Assembly: GCA_033763315.1 (NCBI GenBank)
Contig: JANRKS010000032.1
Coordinates: forward strand, 384,001-448,000
Direction of reading: 5' to 3'
Origin: Deltaproteobacteria bacterium
Lineage (GTDB): Bacteria > Myxococcota_A > Polyangia > Fen-1088
DNA: 64,000 nt
The translations under genes and the position numbers were made by a program. The stretch's first letter is position 1. Every line of letters begins with the position of its first letter. Of this stretch, positions 59,502 to 64,000 are shown one piece after another. The notes below the pieces were generated by a model, which did no database searches, was not told the origin of the DNA, and saw only the letters and a list, made by a program, of their open reading frames with translations.

Positions 59502-61160
59502 ATGACTCGTCGGACTGTCGCAGCCGTCAGCTTCTCGCTGATCTGCAGCCTTTCATTTGTATGTGCACCCCAGGGCCTTGCGTTGGCCGCCAAAAAGAAG
59601 AAGGCCGAGGCGGAAACCGCCGCGGCTGGAACGGGGGAGCAGGGCTCACCTGTTCTTGAGCGCGCGCTCAAGCTCTATGACGCCAAGGAGTACCAGGGCG
59701 CCTCTATCGAATTGTTCAAGGTGGTGGAGGGAGAAACCGCCGACACCGACGCCAACAAGAAGAAGGCCGAATTCTTCATGGGCAAGACCTTGTACAACAT
59801 GAAGTTCTTGTCGGCGTCGCTCACCTTCTTCGACCGCATCGTCGAAGCGGGTCCGGCGCATCCGTTTTACGGTGAAACGCTGAAGTGGCTGGCTTCGCTG
59901 GCGCAGGGGCTCTCCGATTCAACGGCGGTCATCGACCGCATCGGCAAGTACGACCGCAAAGAGCTGGATCAGCCCGCAATTGAAAGCGTGCGCGACCAAC
60001 TTTACTTCTTGCTGGGGCGCTCGTTTTACCGCAAGCGCGAATTTGACCAGGCCGTCAGCCTGTTCCGCGCCGTCCCCAAAGACAGCAAGTACTACGTCAA
60101 GGCGAAGCTGTTCGAGGGCGCCACCTTCGTTCAGGAGTACAAAGGCAAAGAAGCCGCCGAAGCCTTCAAAGAGGTGCTTCGCGTGGCCGAGGAAAGCGAC
60201 AAGCCCGAGCTTAAGCCTTACGAAGAGCTGGCCAACCTTTCGCTTGCCCGTACGTTCTATTCCACGGGCCAATACCAGTTGGCCGCCAAGTACTATGACA
60301 AAGTATCGCCTGAGTCTTACGACTGGGCCAACAGCTTGTTCGAGGCATCGTGGGCGAACTTCATGTTGAAGACGGCCGGCTACCCGAAGGCCCTGGGCAA
60401 CATTCACACGCTGCAGGCTCCTTATTTCGAGAACTTCGTAAAGCCTGAGTCGGTGGCCGAGGCGCTTACGGTGCGCGCCACCATCTATTTCTACAATTGC
60501 CTTTACGACCGCGCCGCCGACGCCATCGCCGACTTCAACCGGCGTGTGCCCCCGTTGGCGCAAGATCTTGCAAAGATGCTTCAAAGCACGCAGGACAACA
60601 CGGAGTTCTTCGAGCTCGCGGTGAAGATCCAAAAGGGCAAATCGGGCCTGCCCAAGAACGTGGAGCGCGCCGCCAAAGCCGTGCTTTCCGACTTGAGCCT
60701 CGAACGCCGCTTCCAATACGTTGAGCAGTTGGATGGCGAGATGAAGCGCTTTGATGATTCGGAAGCGGCCTGGAAATCCACCGCGATTGCCAACGCCGTT
60801 TACACTGATCTCACCTTGCAAAAGTCACTCACCACAAATGAGGCCGGCGATTTGGCCCGCCAGCGCATCACACGCTTGGTCAGCGAACTGGCCCAGCTCA
60901 TCAAGCGCGTCATCAAGATCGAATACGAAATCTTGCAGGGCGAAAAGGGCACGTTGCAACAGGAGATCGTGACTGAGCAACAAGCCAACAAGGTCAACAA
61001 AGCCAAAGAGGTTGGCAATGTGCGCGTCGACGACGAGCACTTGTTCTGGCCGTTCACGGGTGAGTACTGGCGCGACGAACTTGGTTACTACCGCGTTCGC
61101 CTGATGAACAAGTGCGCCCGGAACGCCCCCGAAGGCGCGCCGGTGGGCCCCACCGAGTAG
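59502..61160 (+). CDS. gltC: Gliding-motility TPR protein GltC
   Basis: Signal peptide, TPRs, LFEASW..ALGNIHTL.APYF, C-terminal WPFTGEYWRDELGYY..C. Confidence 0.8.
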   Translation: MTRRTVAAVSFSLICSLSFVCAPQGLALAAKKKKAEAETAAAGTGEQGSPVLERALKLYDAKEYQGASIELFKVVEGETADTDANKKKAEFFMGKTLYNMKFLSASLTFFDRIVEAGPAHPFYGETLKWLASLAQGLSDSTAVIDRIGKYDRKELDQPAIESVRDQLYFLLGRSFYRKREFDQAVSLFRAVPKDSKYYVKAKLFEGATFVQEYKGKEAAEAFKEVLRVAEESDKPELKPYEELANLSLARTFYSTGQYQLAAKYYDKVSPESYDWANSLFEASWANFMLKTAGYPKALGNIHTLQAPYFENFVKPESVAEALTVRATIYFYNCLYDRAADAIADFNRRVPPLAQDLAKMLQSTQDNTEFFELAVKIQKGKSGLPKNVERAAKAVLSDLSLERRFQYVEQLDGEMKRFDDSEAAWKSTAIANAVYTDLTLQKSLTTNEAGDLARQRITRLVSELAQLIKRVIKIEYEILQGEKGTLQQEIVTEQQANKVNKAKEVGNVRVDDEHLFWPFTGEYWRDELGYYRVRLMNKCARNAPEGAPVGPTE

Positions 61161-61219
61161 CCAGCAGTTTGATAGCAAAAACGAAGATGTTGTTTAGGCA
61201 TCCCAAGGAGCTAGGTCTT

Positions 61220-64000
61220 ATGTCGACCACGCGATCGGGCGCTTTGCGCCGTTTCTGTACTCTGTCCACCCTGTCGGCATCGCTTCTGTTGTTGGGCGCG
61301 TCGTCGGTGACGGCCGCCCCCTACAAAAAGGGCGAGCGCGAGATCTCCGGGGTTCAACAAACCGATCTGACCAAGCCCAAAGCTCCGGACGCCTCCAAAC
61401 CGGGCGCCACCGGCCCGGTGCTGACGATCGATCAGTTCGTTGAGCAGAAGCGCTCGGAGATCATGAAGATCGTCGACAAGCAGATCGAGCAAATGCAGCG
61501 CTTGATCAACGTCACCGACGACAGCGATCCGCAAAAACCCGACTTTCACTTCCGTTTGGCGGAGTTGTTTGCGGAAAAGCACCGCTATTACACGTTCTAC
61601 GCGCGTGGCTTGGATCAAAAGATCTTCGACGCCAAGGGCAGCGAGAAGTCGTCCTTGCAGTCAAAGCAGAAGGAAGCCGAGAAGCGCAGCGACGCTTACT
61701 TGAAGGAAGCGGTGAAGGGCTACATGGCCGCCCGTAACTTCAAGAAGTACCAGCGCATGGACGAAGTGCTGTTCAAGCTTGCGTACCTGTTGCAAACGGT
61801 CAAACGCGAAGACTTGGCCCGCGAAGTGTTTCACGAGTTGATCAAGGATTACCCCAACTCGAAGTACATCCCCGACGCTTATCTTTCGTTCGCTGAATTC
61901 TATTTCGCCAAGGGCGAGATGGACGCGGCCCGCAAGTTCTACGAAAAGGTGGAACAGTTCCCTGACTCAAGCGTTTACGGCTACGCCGTTTACAAAAAGG
62001 GCTGGTGCTACGTCAACTTAGGCGACTTCAAGAAGGCGCTTGAGATCTTCGTGGGCGTCATTCGCCTCACCGAGCAAGGCAAAGGTGGCAACAAAGGCCA
62101 GCGTGATGCTTTGCAAAAGGAAGCCCGCAAGGACGTGGTCAAGGCCTACGCCCGCGTGGGTGGCCCCGACAAGGCGTGGGAGTTCTTCCAACGCGTGGGC
62201 GGCGACTTCGCTCCCAAGATGATGGAAGGCCTCGGCGAGCTTTACTGGGATCAAGGTATGTTCGGCGATTCCACGAAGGTCTACCGCCGCATCATCAGCT
62301 TGAACCCAGAGTCGGAGCGCGTGTGCGAATGGCAAAACAAGATCCTGCGCAACACGCTTTCCGAAGGCAAGAAGAGCGACCAGGTGCAGGAGCTGCAACG
62401 CATGGGTGCCGCCTATGAGTTGGCCTCCAAAAAGCAGGGCGTGAAGAAGAACATTCTCGACGAGTGCAAGAATGCTTTCCACGACACAACCAAAGAGCTG
62501 GCGCTTATCTGGCACAAGGAAGCCCAGAAGACAAAGAACCCGGACACCTACGAGTTGGTGCGGTTCGTTTACACCGAGTACTTGAAGTATTTCGAGAACG
62601 AACCCGGCGCGGCCGATATGCGGTTCTATTTCGCTGAAGTTTTGTGGATGACCGAACGCTGGAAAGAAGCGGCCGAGCAATACACAAAGTTCGTTGAAGC
62701 CAACCCCAAGCACAAAGATGCCAAGGATGCAGCCTACGCGGCCGTGTTGGCGTGGCAGAACGCTTTGAACATCACAGACACGCGCCCAGCGCAAAAAGAA
62801 GACGACAAGAAGTTCGAGAAGATCGAGCTGCCTGCCGCGCAGCGGAAGATGATTGAGGCCTATGACACGTACATCAAGTACGTGCCCGATTCGCCTGACT
62901 TGGTGAAGATCAAGTACCGCAAGGCGCGCGTTTACTACGAATACAACCACTTCGAGGAGGCCGCGAAGTACTTCGCCGAGGTGGTGAACAGCCACGCCGA
63001 CGACGAGCTCGCGATCTACTCGGCGAACTTGCTATTGGACTCTTTGAACGTGTTGGGCAAGACCGAAGAGCTGGTGGTCTGGGTGGATAAGTTTGTCCAA
63101 AACCCCGTGCTTATGAAGGACGAAGAGTTCCGCAAGCAGATGGTGTCGTTGAAGACCGACGCGCTCGTCAAAGAGGCGAAGGACTTTGAAGGGCAGGGCA
63201 AATACAAAGAGTGCGGCATCTCGATGGTGGCCGCGGCGGAGTCGATGCCCGATCACCCCAAGCACGACGAGCGTTTGTACAACGCGGGCCTGTGCTTTCA
63301 AAACGCACGCTTGATTGGCCAGGCAATTCGCTATCGACGCCAGCTGATCACCGAGCACCCAGACAGCAAACTTTCGCAGCGGGCACTGTTCCAGGTCGCG
63401 GCCGGTTACCACCAGATCGCTTCGTACACGAAGGCGTCGGAATACTACGAGCAATTCGCCACCAAGTTCCCTGGCGAGGATCGTTCACCCACCGCTTTGG
63501 GCAACGCCACGGCGTTCCGCATTGGCTTGGGCGAAAGCGACAAAGCCAAAGAGAACATGAACGCGTTCATCAAGTACTACGGTGGTCGCAAGCCCGTGGA
63601 TGCGGCTGACGTGTTCTTCCAGATGGGCGAGATCTACGAGAAACAAGGCGACGACGATGGCCTTGTCAAGCACCTCGATTCTTACCTCAAGACCTGGGGC
63701 AAGAAGGGCGGCGTTGATAAGGAAATCTTGGCTCACTTCAAGATGGGCGAGATCCTTTGGAGCCGTTCATGCCCCGTCAAAACGGTCAATGGCGCTTGTA
63801 TTGAGGTCAAGCGCGTCGAAGCGACAGGCCGTGAGTTGGCGTTCGACAAGATCAAGCGCTCGCAGAAGGGCAAACAAAAACGTTTGCGTGTGCCCAAGCA
63901 AACCCAGTGCGGTCCGGCCACGCGATCAAAGGTTATTGTGCATGACCGTAAATCGAACCTGGCCAAGGACGCGCAAAAGCACTTCGACGCCGTGTTGAAG
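61220..64000 (+). CDS. gltD: Gliding-motility TPR protein GltD/AgmU-like (3' truncated; absent from the ORF track)
   Basis: Translated by hand from ATG 61220 (SD AAGGAG): MSTTRSGALRR..FRLAELF..MDEVLFKLAY..LIKDYPNSKYIPDAYLSFAEFYF..YKKGWC; frame appears open to the window end. Confidence 0.8.
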   Translation, partial: MSTTRSGALRRFCTLSTLSASLLLLGASSVTAAPYKKGEREISGVQQTDLTKPKAPDASKPGATGPVLTIDQFVEQKRSEIMKIVDKQIEQMQRLINVTDDSDPQKPDFHFRLAELFAEKHRYYTFYARGLDQKIFDAKGSEKSSLQSKQKEAEKRSDAYLKEAVKGYMAARNFKKYQRMDEVLFKLAYLLQTVKREDLAREVFHELIKDYPNSKYIPDAYLSFAEFYFAKGEMDAARKFYEKVEQFPDSSVYGYAVYKKGWCYVNLGDFKKALEIFVGVIRLTEQGKGGNKGQRDALQKEARKDVVKAYARVGGPDKAWEFFQRVGGDFAPKMMEGLGELYWDQGMFGDSTKVYRRIISLNPESERVCEWQNKILRNTLSEGKKSDQVQELQRMGAAYELASKKQGVKKNILDECKNAFHDTTKELALIWHKEAQKTKNPDTYELVRFVYTEYLKYFENEPGAADMRFYFAEVLWMTERWKEAAEQYTKFVEANPKHKDAKDAAYAAVLAWQNALNITDTRPAQKEDDKKFEKIELPAAQRKMIEAYDTYIKYVPDSPDLVKIKYRKARVYYEYNHFEEAAKYFAEVVNSHADDELAIYSANLLLDSLNVLGKTEELVVWVDKFVQNPVLMKDEEFRKQMVSLKTDALVKEAKDFEGQGKYKECGISMVAAAESMPDHPKHDERLYNAGLCFQNARLIGQAIRYRRQLITEHPDSKLSQRALFQVAAGYHQIASYTKASEYYEQFATKFPGEDRSPTALGNATAFRIGLGESDKAKENMNAFIKYYGGRKPVDAADVFFQMGEIYEKQGDDDGLVKHLDSYLKTWGKKGGVDKEILAHFKMGEILWSRSCPVKTVNGACIEVKRVEATGRELAFDKIKRSQKGKQKRLRVPKQTQCGPATRSKVIVHDRKSNLAKDAQKHFDAVLK

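Noticed and set aside
59068-59671. Small ORFs between cglC and gltC as remnants of gltA/gltB
   Set aside because: No barrel-like sequence, atypical composition and no convincing SD.

Overview
GC-rich (about 60-65% by eye) chromosomal window from a myxobacterium-like organism. The Myxococcota assignment rests on a MYXO-CTERM protein, gliding genes cglC/gltC/gltD, a Ser/Thr kinase-TPR/PEGA module and a DUF1592/DUF1552 pair. About 60 CDS are supported. Housekeeping genes include groES-groEL, hisA, cyaY, rimO, nadA, rpsP-khpA-rimM-trmD-rplS and yraN. There are several glycoside hydrolases (GH27, GH8, GH36, a beta-helix GH), a phospholipase C, a LigD-type primase-polymerase plus ATP-dependent ligase without Ku, and the start of a gliding cluster. 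gltD runs off the right edge and is missing from the ORF track. No tRNA, rRNA, CRISPR, transposase or integrase was seen. The best candidate for an undescribed system is a five-gene minus-strand cassette (6989-14225): ECF sigma, membrane/TPR anti-sigma-like protein, barrel-like protein, lipoprotein and MYXO-CTERM surface protein. The same 34-bp bipartite promoter-like motif precedes both the sigma gene and the lipoprotein/surface-protein pair. Also notable: TANNNT boxes 6-9 nt before many start codons (probable leaderless mRNAs), a signal-anchored Fam20/Four-jointed-like kinase, a CGC-motif UshA-like/tetraheme cytochrome fusion, a DGR-target-like C-type lectin lipoprotein, and a cglC/gltC-gltD arrangement lacking gltA/gltB with a long pyrimidine-rich leader. 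All family calls are from motif recognition; no database search was run.
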